A DNA stretch of 64,000 bases from Eledone cirrhosa (GCA_964016885.1 OZ024746.1:21948001-22012000); one strand, 5' to 3'. Shown: positions 1 to 12,305, counted from the stretch's first letter. The notes: generated from the letters alone by a model not told the origin. Translations and numbers: made by a program.

Positions 1-1136
1 CAAGTCCTAGACTTGCTTACATACATTCCTGCACTCTGCTGAGTGCTTAGATGGACCAAGGTCCCACAGTTTGCTTATGCATGTTCCTAAGCTCTACCAA
101 CTTCATTTTATCATGGCACCAGTTCCAGAGAGTTTGTCATGTCTTTGACATAAGTGAAGAGTTCTCACGACCCTTTGTTTGACAGATTTTTTACAGCTAG
201 ATGCCCTTTCCATCATGAACCCTTTACAATGAATATTCTTTTAGGACAGATAATAGTTGAGGTAGATTTGGCTCCTAGTTTTAGCGAGCTGTTGCTGTTT
301 ACTCCCCAGGTCAGTATTAATCAAGCAAGCATATGATGAAAGGCATACCAATCGTGACCATCCTCATTTTTGAAAACTCTCCATAACTACAGCAGCTAAT
401 GTGTCTTTCACTTGTGATTTGTGGTAGTTTTGGCTACTATTTCTAACAGATAGAGTAACCACGTATATGTGATTGTCTTGCTACATTGTGACATTACTTT
501 CATCAATTCCACTGAAGTTAGCTTTGCCTTTCATTTGTATAGGGTCAATAAAATAAAGTACCATTAAAGGGTAGGGATCAATTTAATGAACTTTCCTTTC
601 CCTCCAAAATTGCTGGCCTTGTGCCTAAATCAGACAGCCTCATTATTATTAGTGGTGGATTGCCAGTATTGGTAGAGCACCAAACAACATGCTTTGGGGG
701 TATATAGCTACGTCCCTTTATGTTCTGATTTCTAATCATGCCTTTCATCCTTATGGGGTCAATAAAATAATGTACCAGTAACACACTGGGATCAATATAA
801 TTGACTTTCCACTCTGCATAACATTTTTTTTTTTTAAATTGTTGTCCTTGTGCCTAAATCAGAAACCATTGTTTCCTTAATGTGACCTCACCATATGCAC
901 ACACCCACCTTACCCTGATCCTCAGATAAAGCCAATTCACCTTGTCATTCACTACCTGAATGACAAGTTTAAGTGCAGATGAAGTGTGTCACCTATTTAG
1001 AAGTTATTAAACAGCTCAAGTGATACTAACAGAAAAGGTGGGAATGATGATGATATCATCATTTTCATCATTTCATTTCATTTTACGTCCGGCTTTTCCC
1101 TGCTTGCAAGGGTGAAACGGGAACTGATTATATGTA

Positions 1137-1692
1137 TCATCATCATCATCACCATTTTACGTCTGTTCTTCCACGCTAGCATGGGTTAGACGGGTTGTCC
1201 TGTTGTGGGCAGTGTCATATATTATGAAACAACGTAATCTCCCTCAGCTGACTTTGTCTTGCCGATATGGGAACTGATTCTGGCTTGATTTCTACAGCTG
1301 GATGCTCTTCCTAACACCAACCTCATTTACAGTGAGTGCTGGGTGCTTTTTTTTCTGTCGCGCCTACACATCCACTTTACAGTGTGGGCTGGGTGCTTTT
1401 TTTTCCGTGGCGCCTATGAGTCCACTTTACAGTGTGGGCTGGGTGCTTTTTTTTCCGTGGCGCCTATGAGTCCACTTTACAGTGAGTGCTGGGTGCTTTT
1501 TTGCCGTGGTACCTCCACGACCACTTTACAGTGGAATGATAGGGACCCCAGTCCCTATCATCTCATTTCTACAGCTGAGTAAACTGGAGCAATGTGAAAT
1601 AAAGTGTCTTGCTCAAGGAAACAACACATCAGAATTGAACTCACAACCTTTTGATTGCAAGGCCAATGCTCTAACCACTTAGCCATGTGCCT
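1137..1692 (-). mobile_element. tRNA-derived SINE (family A): tRNA head, CORE-like domain, RTE-derived bipartite tail
   Basis: Near-identical to copies at 11361, 11947, 16378, 60022 and 60421. It has an internal ~48-bp repeat expansion and a (GAT)n tail, and its head abuts (TA)n. Confidence 0.85.
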
Positions 1693-1881
1693 TTATATAT
1701 ATATATATATATATATAAAGGCACATATATATATATATAAAGGCATATATATATATATATATGGTGATGATGATATATATATATTATGAAACAACGTAAT
1801 CTCCCTCATTCTCACCAAACGTGAAGCTAATAACATTATGTACCACTTACTCCTGCGTTTGCTTGTTTGTCATTTTGAACT

Positions 1882-1930
<49 letters not shown>

Positions 1931-1936
<6 letters not shown>

Positions 1937-2104
1937 GAAGGAAGTGTGGTAAGAAACCAGGTGGACCATAACGCACCAGAGTACTCAATACTTTGGGTAG
2001 TAGAGTGGGTAATAGGAAAAGAGTCAGGATCGTGACAGTTGAGTTCAGAACTAGCTGACGAAACGGCCGGAGCTCAGCCGTTGGGGTCCTGACTCTTTTC
2101 CTAT
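1931..2104. mobile_element. Fold-back remnant with partial hammerhead core, probably a PLE terminus
   Basis: Perfect 18-bp inverted repeat at 2012-2029/2087-2104 enclosing CTGACGA and hairpin AACGGC/GCCGTT. Flanked by (TA)n and shares GTACTCAATAC with 10757 and 42755. Confidence 0.5.
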
Positions 2105-2179
<75 letters not shown>

Positions 2180-2616
2180 CATGGTTGAGTTTGATTTTGT
2201 GGAGGTGGTGGGGGTGATGTGAAGGTGAGATTGTCAGAGGGTGTCGTGGGGTGGTGGAAAAGGGAGTGTACTTTTTAAAGAGTTGCAGAAATGATATAAG
2301 GGTGGCGAGGAGGTGTACAATTTGTGGAGGAGGGATTGCAGGAATGCTATGAAGGTGGAGAAGGGGGTGTACTCTTTGAGAAGTTACAGCAATACCATTG
2401 GGGTGTGGATGTAATGTTACTGTTACCAGAAAACTGAAATGACATAACAGTTTTTTGTTTGTTGTTGTCATTGTTGTAGTTTACCTCAAATTTCTATAAC
2501 ATTTACAAAAAATGTTAACAACAACAATGACAACAACAAAACAGACTTCAGATAATATACCTTCATCTTACATTTATTTATATTTAAACATTATATTCAT
2601 TTGCTATTCTTTGATA

Positions 2617-4190
2617 TAGCTATAGGAACAGATATGGCTATAGACACAGGCATAGCTATAGACACAGATATGGCTATATGTAAAGATATGGCTATAGGTA
2701 GAGACATGGCTATAGGTAGAAACATAGCTATAGGTAGAGACATGGCTATAGACACAGACATGGCTATATGTAAAGATATGGCTATAGATAGGGACATGGC
2801 TATAGGTAGAGACATGGCTATAGACACAGACATGGCTATATGTAAAGATATCGCTATAGATAGGGACATGGCTATAGGTAGAGACATGGCTATAGGTAGA
2901 GACATGGCTATATGTAAAGATATGGCTATAGGTAGAGACATGGCTATAGACACAGATGTAGCTATATGTAGAAACATAGCTATATGTAGAGACATGGCTA
3001 TAGACACAGACATGGCTATATGTAAAGATATCGCTATAGATAGGGACATGGCTATATGTAAAGATATGGCTATAGATAGGGACATGGCTATAGGTAGAGA
3101 CATGGCTATAGATAGGGACATGGCTATATGTAAAGATATGGCTATAGATAGGGACATGGCTATAGGTAGAGACATGGCTATAGATAGGGACATGGCTATA
3201 TGTAAAGATATGGCTATAGATAGGGACATGGCTATAGGTAGAGACATGGCTATAGATAGGGACATGGCTATAGGTAGAGACATGGCTATAGATAGGGACA
3301 TGGCTATAGGTAGAGACATGGCTATAGGTAGAGACATGGCTATAGGTAGAGACATGGCTATAGATAGGGACATGGCTATAGGTAGAGACATGGCTATAGA
3401 CACAGACATGGCTATAGGTAGAGACATGGCTATAGACACAGATATAGCTATATGTAAAGATATGGCTATAGATAGGGACATGGCTATAGGTAGAGACATG
3501 GCTATAGGTAGAGACATGGCTATAGATAGGGACCTGGCTATAGGTAGAGACATGGCTATAGGTAGAGACATGGCTATAGGTAGAGACATGGCTATAGGTA
3601 GAGACATGGCTATAGATAGGGACCTGGCTATAGGTAGAGACATGGCTATAGGTAGAGACATGGCTATAGGTAGAGACATGGCTATAGGTAGAGACATGGC
3701 TATAGGTAGAGACATGGCTATAGGTAGAGACATGGCTATAGGTAGAGACATGGCTATAGATAGGGACCTGGCTATAGGTAGAGACATGGCTATAGGTAGA
3801 GACATGGCTATAGGTAGAGACATGGCTATAGGTAGAGACATGGCTATAGGTAGAGACATGGCTATAGGTAGAGACATGGCTATAGATAGGGACCTGGCTA
3901 TAGGTAGAGACATGGCTATAGGTAGAGACATGGCTATAGGTAGAGACATGGCTATAGGTAGAGACATGGCTATAGGTAGAGACATAGCTCTAGATAGGGA
4001 CATGGTTATAGGTAGAGACATGGCTATAGACACAGATATAGCTATATGTAGAAACGTAGCTATATGTAGAAACGTAATTATAGGTAAAGACATGGCTATA
4101 GACACAGACATATAGACACTGACATAGCTATATGTAGAGACATGGCTATAGACACAGAAATAGCTATAGACACTGACATAGCTATAGACA
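2617..4190. repeat. 18-bp minisatellite (GCTATAGGTAGAGACATG), ~85 copies
   Basis: Direct 18-nt periodicity. It explains the 504-aa ORFs on both strands. Confidence 0.97.
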
Positions 4191-4859
4191 CAGCCATAAC
4201 AACCTCCCTAATGCTGGTGTCATGATTAAATGTACTCAGAAGTGTGCAAGATTGCAGATAAACAAGATACAGGCCTCCAGCCCATCTGAGAGGTCGGTAG
4301 CCCTACTAAAGAACTGATTCATTCTTTGAAGACTCATCCAAACCTTGCTAGCAGTGAAGACAGATGTTAAATGATGTTGATGATGATGTTACATTAGAGT
4401 AATTGATACAGTATAAATTCTCATGCCATGATTTGCAATTGATCTCTTATCCAAGGATACCCTGATATATACTCCAGGGACTCCAGGAGAGATTTTCCAA
4501 GTTGGACAATTGAGAGTTTTAGGACCCGAAGAGACAGAAAGGAGCTTCTCCCAAAATTTAAGAGAGTTGAAAGAAGTTTTAGGGTAGTGGTCAAGGGTCA
4601 TCAGGAATTTACAGCAGGCATGAATGGGGGTGAGTGACACTGTGATTCTTCTCTGCTATCCGATTATGTACTACTTGCCCACCCTCAACACTAGTCGTGG
4701 AGACTCTACATAAAGATCCTTTAATTAAGCAACCATTTAAAATTGAAACAAAAGAGGACAATAAAAAGTAAATAAACAATAAACTGTGTGGTTCTATCAA
4801 CAACAACAACAATGACAACAAGTGTTTTAAGGTCATCTTCCCTACTAAAGGAGGAGTTA

Positions 4860-6185
4860 GCCTTCTGTAGGAGAAGGCATGACAAGATTCTCCATTTTGC
4901 CATATCATATGCAAACCCCTTACCAAACCCCTGGCCTTCATTTTCTCCTCCATCATTTTTAGACATTTCTTTCTTCTTTTTCCTTCCACAATCATTTACA
5001 TCACCCCTGTCATCAATTACTTTCATCCTTCCTCAACACATGACCCAACTATCTCAACCCATTTCTCTTCACAACATCCAACACTGCCTCTATTCTTCTC
5101 ACCCAGTCACTTTCATCCTTCCTCAACACATGACCCAACCATCTCATTCTATTTCTATTCTTAACATTCACCACTGCCTCTATTCTTCTCATCCAGTCAC
5201 TTTCATCCTTCCTCAACACATGACCCAACCATCTCATTCTATTTCTATTCTTAACATTCACCACTGCCTCTATTCTTCTCACCCAGTCACTTTCATCCTT
5301 CCTCAACACATGACCCAACCATCTCATTCTATTTCTATTCTTAACATTCACCACTGCCTCTATTCTTCTCACCCAGTCACTTTCATCCTTCCTCAACACA
5401 TGACCCAACCATCTCATTCTATTTCTATTCTTAACATTCACCACTGCCTCTATTCTTCTCACCCAGTCACTTTCATCCTTCCTCAACACATGACCCAACC
5501 ATCTCATTCTATTTCTATTCTTAACATTCACCACTGCCTCTATTCCTCTCATCCAGTCACTTTCATCCTTCCTCAACACACGACCCAACCATCTCATTCT
5601 ATTTCTATTCTTAACATCCAACACTGGCTCTATTTCTCTCACCCAGTCACTTTCATCCTTCCTCAACACATGACCCAACCATCTCATTCTATTTCTATTC
5701 TTAACATCCAACACTGGCTCTATTCCTCTCATCCAGTCACTTTCATCCTTCCTCAACACATGACCCAACCATCTCATTCTATTTCTATTCTTAACATCCA
5801 ACACTGGCTCTATTCCTCTCATCCAGTCACTTTCATCCTTCCTCAACACACGACCCAACCATCTCATTCTATTTCTATTCTTAACATCCAACACTGGCTC
5901 TATTTCTCTCACCCAGTCACTTTCATCCTTCCTCAACACATGACCCAACCATCTCATTCTATTTCTATTCTTAACATCCAACACTGGCTCTATTCCCCTC
6001 ACCCAGTCACTTTCATCCTTTCTTGACACATGATCCAACCATCTCATTCTATTTCTATTCTTAACATTCACCACTGCTTCTAGACTCATGCACTGTTTAT
6101 TTTCCTGACATTTGTACATTATTCTATGTACTATACATGCACCTTTGATGAGTTGTAGTGCACCTGAGCACTGTACACAATAATT

Positions 6186-6218
<33 letters not shown>

Positions 6219-6450
6219 CTCTCATCCAGTCACTTTCATCCTTTCTTGACACATGACCCAACCATCTCATTCTATTTCTATTCTTAACATTCACCACTGC
6301 TTCTATTCTTCTCATCCAGTCACTTTCATCCTTTCTTGACACATGATCCAATCATCTCATTCCATTTTCTTCACAACATTTACCACTGCCTCTATTCCTC
6401 TCACAGTTACTTTCATAATTCCTCATCACATGACCCAACCATCTCATTCT
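4860..6450 (-). repeat. 90-bp tandem array amplified from an RTE LINE C-terminal segment
   Basis: About 14 units. The minus strand translates as NRMRWLGHVLRKDESDWV, matching RRLRWYGHVMRMEDDCWV at 13.9 kb. The flank 4860-5016 continues as degenerate RTE C-terminus (VEGKRR...). Confidence 0.85.
6082..6215 (+). mobile_element. Short LINE 3' tail (CR1/L2-like) ending in (ATT)n, inserted in the 90-bp array
   Basis: Matches the reverse complement of 38508-38630; a fragment also lies near 55480-55512. Clade assignment is tentative. Confidence 0.6.
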
Positions 6451-7643
6451 CTGTGTGTATCATAAGTGGCAACTAAAAGAGTTGGCACCAGGAAGGGTAT
6501 CCATCCATAAAATAATGGTTTCTGATTTAGGCACAAGGCCAACAATTTAGGGAGAGGGGAAAGTCAATTAAATTGACACCAGTTGCCTTACTGGTACTTT
6601 ATTAACTCTGCAAGAATGAAAGGCAAAGCTAACCTCAGTGGAAAAAATACTGGAAAAATAACATTACAACAAAGATATTTCTATTTTTAACTAAAATAGT
6701 TGTTTGTTTCCATAGCAACACTAACTACATAGATCACCACCCACCCCTTAACAAAATTTATTTAATGATTTAGACATTTTTTTTTATTAAAACAAGTTCA
6801 GGTGTAGTTGTATGGTTAACGAAAACACTTTGCAGCCACCAGGTTTAAATTTCCCTCCCACTCAAAGCACTTTCAGCCTCAAGTTGACTAATGCCTTGTC
6901 AGTGAAATTTGGTAGCCAGATATTGCAGAAGCCCAACATATCCCCATAACTCACTAATAGATATCCTCTACCCCACCCCTCACCACACACACCCCATGCA
7001 CGCTCCTAGCTGCTGCTCCCTTGTGAAGTGGTTGGTGATGGGAAGGGCATCCAGACATAGACAATTTGCCAAAGAAAGGGTTGGGAGGATCCTTCAGTCG
7101 TGTGAAGGACATGACAACCTCCTTGACTTCTCTGTGCAATCTACCTGACAGTCAGAGCAGACAGGTAGCCAATATGCAGGCAGACCACTTCATAGTCCCA
7201 GAGGTCAGACAGAATGAAGAAAACATTGCCTCGGAGGATATAGGAGGGAGACACGTTGAAATAGCTATTCCAACTTGCTGTGGTCCCAGAGGATAGAATG
7301 GAGAAAACATTAACCAGAGGGACGAGTTGGAATAGGCTCATTCCTGAGGGGCAACCAACTTGTTTAGTAAAGAGGTTTTTTTATGTTTTTTAACTTATCT
7401 TATAATTCATTTATTTTCCCATCATAAATACATATTGACATATGTATTTATATATGTGGGAAGAAAAAAAAAAGAAAATGAAAGAGTAAAAAGAAGGAAG
7501 GATCAAGCAATGAAAGAAAGAGAGATGGGGAGGGACAGACACTACACCCCAGTCTGAGCAATACCCTTAGCTGTGCCCCTCAGACAGACAAAATGGCAAA
7601 AGCATTACTGCAGAGAATGCCCAGGGACACCCACTGCAACAGC

Positions 7644-7817
7644 CAGTACCTGATTTAGGACAAATGAGGCTCTGTGCTAATTAACTTATGTTACATTTGA
7701 AAAACATTTGAAAAATTTATCGTAAAATCTTTTTTTGAAAGGAAGATGGGTCCCCACCCTGGCCAACAAGACCATGTGCTTGAACAACACCTAAGGACAA
7801 TGGTAAATCTGACACTG
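7644..7817. mobile_element. hAT-like MITE
   Basis: Imperfect terminal inverted repeats (TIRs) CAGTACCTGATTTA / TAAATCTGACACTG and an exact 8-bp target-site duplication (TSD) GCAACAGC at 7636-7643 and 7818-7825. Confidence 0.75.
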
Positions 7818-8329
7818 GCAACAGCCACCCTCTACCTTATGGGGCTCCTTGCTCAAGCAGGCCAGTCTTTAAGACTTTATCCAACAGTTTTGAATGAAGT
7901 ACATACATGATATAAAATGGCCTTGTCTCCTTTTTTTTTTTATTTTAGTTTTAGATAATTGTTATACTTTCTCTCCAGTTTTAACTGTTGTCTCTTTACT
8001 CCAGTCATTAAAGCAACCAGCTGTGTCTGATGACAGATTTTTTTTACTAAACCTTTTTTCCTTTCTTTTGTGTTTTTTTTTGTTGTAAACTGTTGTTTGT
8101 TGCTTTCTTTATTTTTGGCCTTTGTTGTTGCTGCTACTGTTAGTTGTTTTTTGTGTTTTGGTCATCAACGTCAATTTATTGTAGTAGGCAGAGTGGTGAG
8201 GGTGGAGGAGGAGAGAGGGGGGTGTCTGACCACTACCACATCTCCACCCCCACACCTATCTCTCATCAAAATAATGTCAAGTTATTCCACTATCATTGTT
8301 TGTTTGTCTGTCTGTTTGTCTGTCACCAC

Positions 8330-8852
8330 ATGTCTCTCTCTCACCTCTCTCCTTTTTCTCTTTTACTTTCTCACCATCCTTTCTCTTTAACCTTCCCACA
8401 TACCCTCTCTCTCTCTCTCTTCTCTTTCACACTCACGTTCTCCTTCTCTCTCTCTCCTACTTTCTCACATCTCTCTGCCTCTCCCTCTCTCTCATCCACT
8501 TTCTCACCTCCCTCTGTCCCTCTCTGTAGTCTTGTGAACAAACTAAAATTCTAAAAACTCACTCTCTCTCACTTTCTCAACACCTCCTTCTCTTGCCTCT
8601 CTCTGCCCCCCCCCCCTCTCTCTCTGTAGTCTTGTGAACAACTAAAAAACTTTAAACTACTGGGAAGAAAACCAGTTTCAATTTTTAGAACAGAATGTAA
8701 ACATTTTTTTTTTTTTTTTTGGATTACAACCTTTCGAGTGAACAGCCGAGAAACCTTTCTGATTGGAATCTTTCTGTCTTTCTTCCTTTCTCTCCCTCTT
8801 TTGGGGAGCTCATTTAACTTCCCCCCTCCCCGCACCCCCCCCCCCCCTTACG
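8330..8852 (+). promoter_or_regulatory. Putative promoter/5'UTR region, CT-rich
   Basis: Transposon-free polypyrimidine and (CT)n tracts plus ATTGG near 8763, directly upstream of the coding exon. Positional inference only. Confidence 0.3.
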
Positions 8853-9059
8853 ATGGAACCCAACAGGGTTTCTGTGAGTGGGATAGTGCTATCATCCCAT
8901 GGTGATTCTCAGGTAAGAACTTTGCCCTTCAGGATTTCTAGACCTGTCCCTGCTCGACCTTCTGCTAGTCAGACCTTACCTCAGCAATTCACAGGAGGAG
9001 GAACATTACAAAGACGGCCAGCCATTAGAAAGAAGGATTATGTTCGAAACCGGATACAG
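8853..9059 (+). CDS. Probable first coding exon of an unidentified gene (MEPNRVSVSG...QRRPAIRKKDYVRNRIQ, 69 aa)
   Basis: ATG in ACGATGG context, non-repetitive protein-like sequence, and a consensus donor CAG|GTAAGA in phase 0. Confidence 0.7.
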
Positions 9060-9139
9060 GTAAGACAAAACAAATGTTGTTGTCTTCTTTCTTTTTTTAA
9101 AATGTTTGTTTGTTTGTTTATGTTTTTAGCTTATGAGCT

Positions 9140-9570
9140 TTCAATCTGTCTTTCTCTTCATATATCTGTCTGTCTATCTATCTTTTTATCTATCTGTCTG
9201 TCTGTCTATCTATCTTTTTATCTATTTGTCTGTCTGTCTATCTATCTTTTTATCTATCTGTCTGTCTGTCTGTTTATCTTTTTATCTATCTGTCTGTCTG
9301 TTTATCTATCTTTTTATCTATTTGTCTGTCTGTCTATCTATCTTTTTATCTATTTGTCTGTCTGTCTATCTATCTTTTTATTTATCTGTCTGTCTGTTTA
9401 TCTATCTTTTCATCTATGTCTGTCTGTCAATTTATCTGTCTATCAATCTACCTGTCTGTTTTTCCCTTCATCTGTCTATCTAGCTCTTTGTCTATTTATC
9501 AATCTATATGTCTTTCTCTTCATCTCCCTATCTCTCTGTCTCTCTATCAATCTATCTGTCTATCTACACA
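9140..9570. repeat. Compound (TCTA/TCTG)n microsatellite
   Basis: Directly visible; it produces the spurious LSIYLSV ORFs. Confidence 0.9.
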
Positions 9571-9689
9571 TACATACATTATGTGTAATAACGACACAAG
9601 ATGTTATCAATTGAGACAAATAAGACCATTAGAAAACTTGGTATTCCATACCTTAAGGAAAGTAGAGTGTAGAAATTATTATCAAACCA

Positions 9690-9951
9690 GGCCGAAACAA
9701 ATGAGATCGTGTAGGTGTCACGACAAAAAAACACACAGTCCACGCTGTAATGTGGCCGTGTAGGCAACACGGTAAAAACCTCCCAGACCCACACTGTAAA
9801 TGTGGTTGGTCTTAGGAAGGGCATCCAACTGTAGAAAACCTGCCAGACTGTCCTATGCGAGCAAGACAATCACTCTTGCCTCAAATGGGAATACCCCCGT
9901 CCAAACCCATGCAAGCGTGGAACACGGACGTTAAACGTTGATGATGATGAT
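9690..9951 (+). mobile_element. Non-autonomous RTE-tailed repeat (Ceph-like domain plus tail)
   Basis: GGTTGG..TTAGGAAGGGCATCC motif and ...GGACGTTAAAC..(GAT)n end. Similar copies at ~15870-16148, 37400-37617(-), 59740-60020 and 62415-62660(-). Confidence 0.7.
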
Positions 9952-10057
9952 ACGTCCCAATGGTCAAACTTAAATAGTTTCATTTGTTGATCATCAAAAC
10001 AGTTTATGCTGACCATAGGGCAGAGATGTCATATACTCTCTCTCTCTCTCTCTCTCT

Positions 10058-10095
<38 letters not shown>

Positions 10096-10204
10096 GAAAC
10101 AAACAAAACACAGGAGGTAACTTTTACAGTTTATATATATGTGTGTGTGTGTGCACGTGTGTGTGTGTGTGTGTGTGTGTGCGTGCGTGCATGTGTGTGT
10201 GTGT

Positions 10205-10248
<44 letters not shown>

Positions 10249-10314
10249 ATGTGTGTGTATGTGTGCGTGTGTATGTGTGCATGTGTGTGTGTGTGTGTGT
10301 GTGTGTGCATGTGT

Positions 10315-10657
10315 GAAGGCACATGGCTTAAAGATTAAAACATTGGGCTCGCAATCGGAAGGTTGTGAATTTTATTCTCAGACCAGATGATGCATTGTAT
10401 CCTTGAGCAAGACACTTTATTTCATGTTGCTCCAGTTTACTCAGCTGTAGAAATGAGTTGCGATCTCACTGGTGTCAAGCTATATCAGCCATTGCCTTTC
10501 CCTTGGACATCATCGGTGGTGTGGAGAGGAGAGGCTGATATACATGGGTGACTGCTGGTCTTCCACAAACAACCTTGCCCGGACTTGTGTGCCCCGGAGG
10601 GAAACTTTCTAGGTGCAAATCCCATGGTCATTCGTGACTGAAGGGGGTCTTTACCCT
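10315..10657 (+). mobile_element. tRNA/CORE-like SINE with an alternative 3' tail
   Basis: Head and CORE-like segment shared with family A. The different tail (...GACTGAAGGGGGTCTTTACCC) is also seen near 62680-62720. Confidence 0.7.
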
Positions 10658-10678
10658 ATATGTATATACATATATACA

Positions 10679-10715
<37 letters not shown>

Positions 10716-10717
10716 CG

Positions 10718-10901
10718 TTATTCCGGGTTGAGTCGGAGGTAACCACAGTAAGTAAGGTACTCAATACATTGCAGAGTATAAAAGTTTTAATATAGATGAG
10801 ATTCTACAGGACTAGAACTGTTTCATTCTTTAGAAATCATCGATGATTTCTAAAAAATGAAACAGTTCTAGTCCTGTAGAATCTCATCTATATTAAAACT
10901 T
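10718..10901. mobile_element. Fold-back element with 120-bp palindrome centred on a truncated hammerhead core
   Basis: Arms 10782-10841/10842-10901 with one mismatch. Each arm reads GATGA-T-TTC-TAAA-GAA-T-GAAA-CAGTTC outward from the axis. Flanked by (TA)n. Confidence 0.7.
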
Positions 10902-10920
10902 ATATATATATATATATATA

Positions 10921-11136
10921 GTAATAATAAATTTGAAGACTAAAATCAAAAGAGGGCTCGAAAAGGATAAATATATATCAAATATATAAGAACCATAGAG
11001 CAAATATTTATTAAAATAACAGATTAAAGTTTAAGCAAAGAATCGCTGCTTTCACCCTTAACGGGATCTTCTGAAGATCCTGTTAAGGGTGAAAGCAGCG
11101 ATTCTTTGCTTAAACTTTAATCTGTTATTTTAATAA

Positions 11137-11140
<4 letters not shown>
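10921..11140. mobile_element. Second fold-back element with 137-bp palindrome centred on CTGAAGA
   Basis: Arms span 11004-11140 around T11072 with one mismatch. Reads CTGAAGA-T-CCY-GTTAA-GGG-T-GAAA. Flanked by (TA)n. Confidence 0.7.
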
Positions 11141-11167
<27 letters not shown>

Positions 11168-11360
11168 TATACACACACAGACACGGTATGTATTTGTTTA
11201 GTTTCATAATAAAGTTTTAAAAATGCAACCATTCTACACATGTTAAAACAATGAATATATACATATAATACATAATATACATATGTGTATGTCTGTGTGT
11301 ATATATATACATTGAGAGGTTATTAGTCAGCAAGTCAATATATTTACATTTCATATATAT

Positions 11361-11691
11361 GGAGGCGCATGGCTTAGTGGTTAGAACATTGGCCTTCAAA
11401 TCGAAAGGTTGTGAGTTCAATTCTCAGACCGGGTGATGTTTGTTTCATTGAGCAAGGCACTTTATTTCACATTGCTCCAGTTTACTCAGCTGTAGAAATG
11501 AGATGATAGGGACTGAGGTCCATGTAAAGTTGTCATGGAGGTGCCACGGCAAAAAAGCACCCAGCACTCACTGTAAATGAGGTTGGTGTTAGGAAGGACA
11601 TCCAGCTGTAGAAATCAAGCCAGAATCAGTTCCCGTCCCACCCTTGCAAGCAGGGAAAAGCGGACGTAAAATGAAATGATGATGATGATGA

Positions 11692-11694
<3 letters not shown>
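11361..11694 (+). mobile_element. tRNA-derived SINE family A, full length
   Basis: A-box TGGCTTAGTGG, B-box GAGTTCAATTC, CORE-like TTGAGCAAGGCACTT...CTCAGCTGTAGAAATGAG, and tail GCAGGGAAAAGCGGACGTAAAATG(ATG)n. Confidence 0.9.
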
Positions 11695-11733
<39 letters not shown>

Positions 11734-11946
11734 ATATATATGTATATATTAATTAGGTTGTGCCTCTGTGTGTGTGGTTTCTTCTTTCTATCATTCACTC
11801 TGTTTTGTTACTTTCGAATTCTATCAATATGTTATCTCTTTTTCTTCTTTCTTTTATCTCTCCCTCAGTCCCTCCACCTTCTCCCACCTTTATCAGTTCT
11901 AATCTTTTCTTACTTACTCATCTGCTTTCTCTCTTTCTTTCTGTGT

Positions 11947-12289
11947 CATCATCATCATCATTTCATTTTACGTCCGCTTTTTCCCTGCTTGCAAGGGTGG
12001 GACGGGAACTGATTTTGGCTTGATTTTTACAGCTGGATGCTCTTCCTAACACCAACCTCATTTACAGTGAGTGCTGGGTGCTTTTTTGCCATGGCACCTC
12101 CACGACCACTTTGCAGTGGAATGACATGGACTTCAGTCCCTATCATCTCATTTCTACAGCTGAGTAAACTGGAGCAATGTGAAATAAAGTGTCTTGCTCA
12201 AAGAAACAACACATCACCCGGTCTGAGAATTGAACTCACAACCTTTCGATTGCAAGGCCAATGCTCTAACCACTAAGCCATGTGCTTCC
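11947..12289 (-). mobile_element. SINE family A copy
   Basis: Reverse complement of 11361-11694. Confidence 0.9.
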
Positions 12290-12305
12290 GTGTATATATA
12301 TATAG

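Noticed and set aside
2597-4115. 504-aa ORFs on both strands as genes
   Set aside because: They are pure translation of an 18-bp tandem repeat with no unique domain.
8763-9614. 283-aa single-exon membrane protein
   Set aside because: The portion after the donor at 9060 is TCTA/TCTG microsatellite.
11361-11435. tRNA gene
   Set aside because: A and B boxes run straight into SINE body sequence and recur in many copies.
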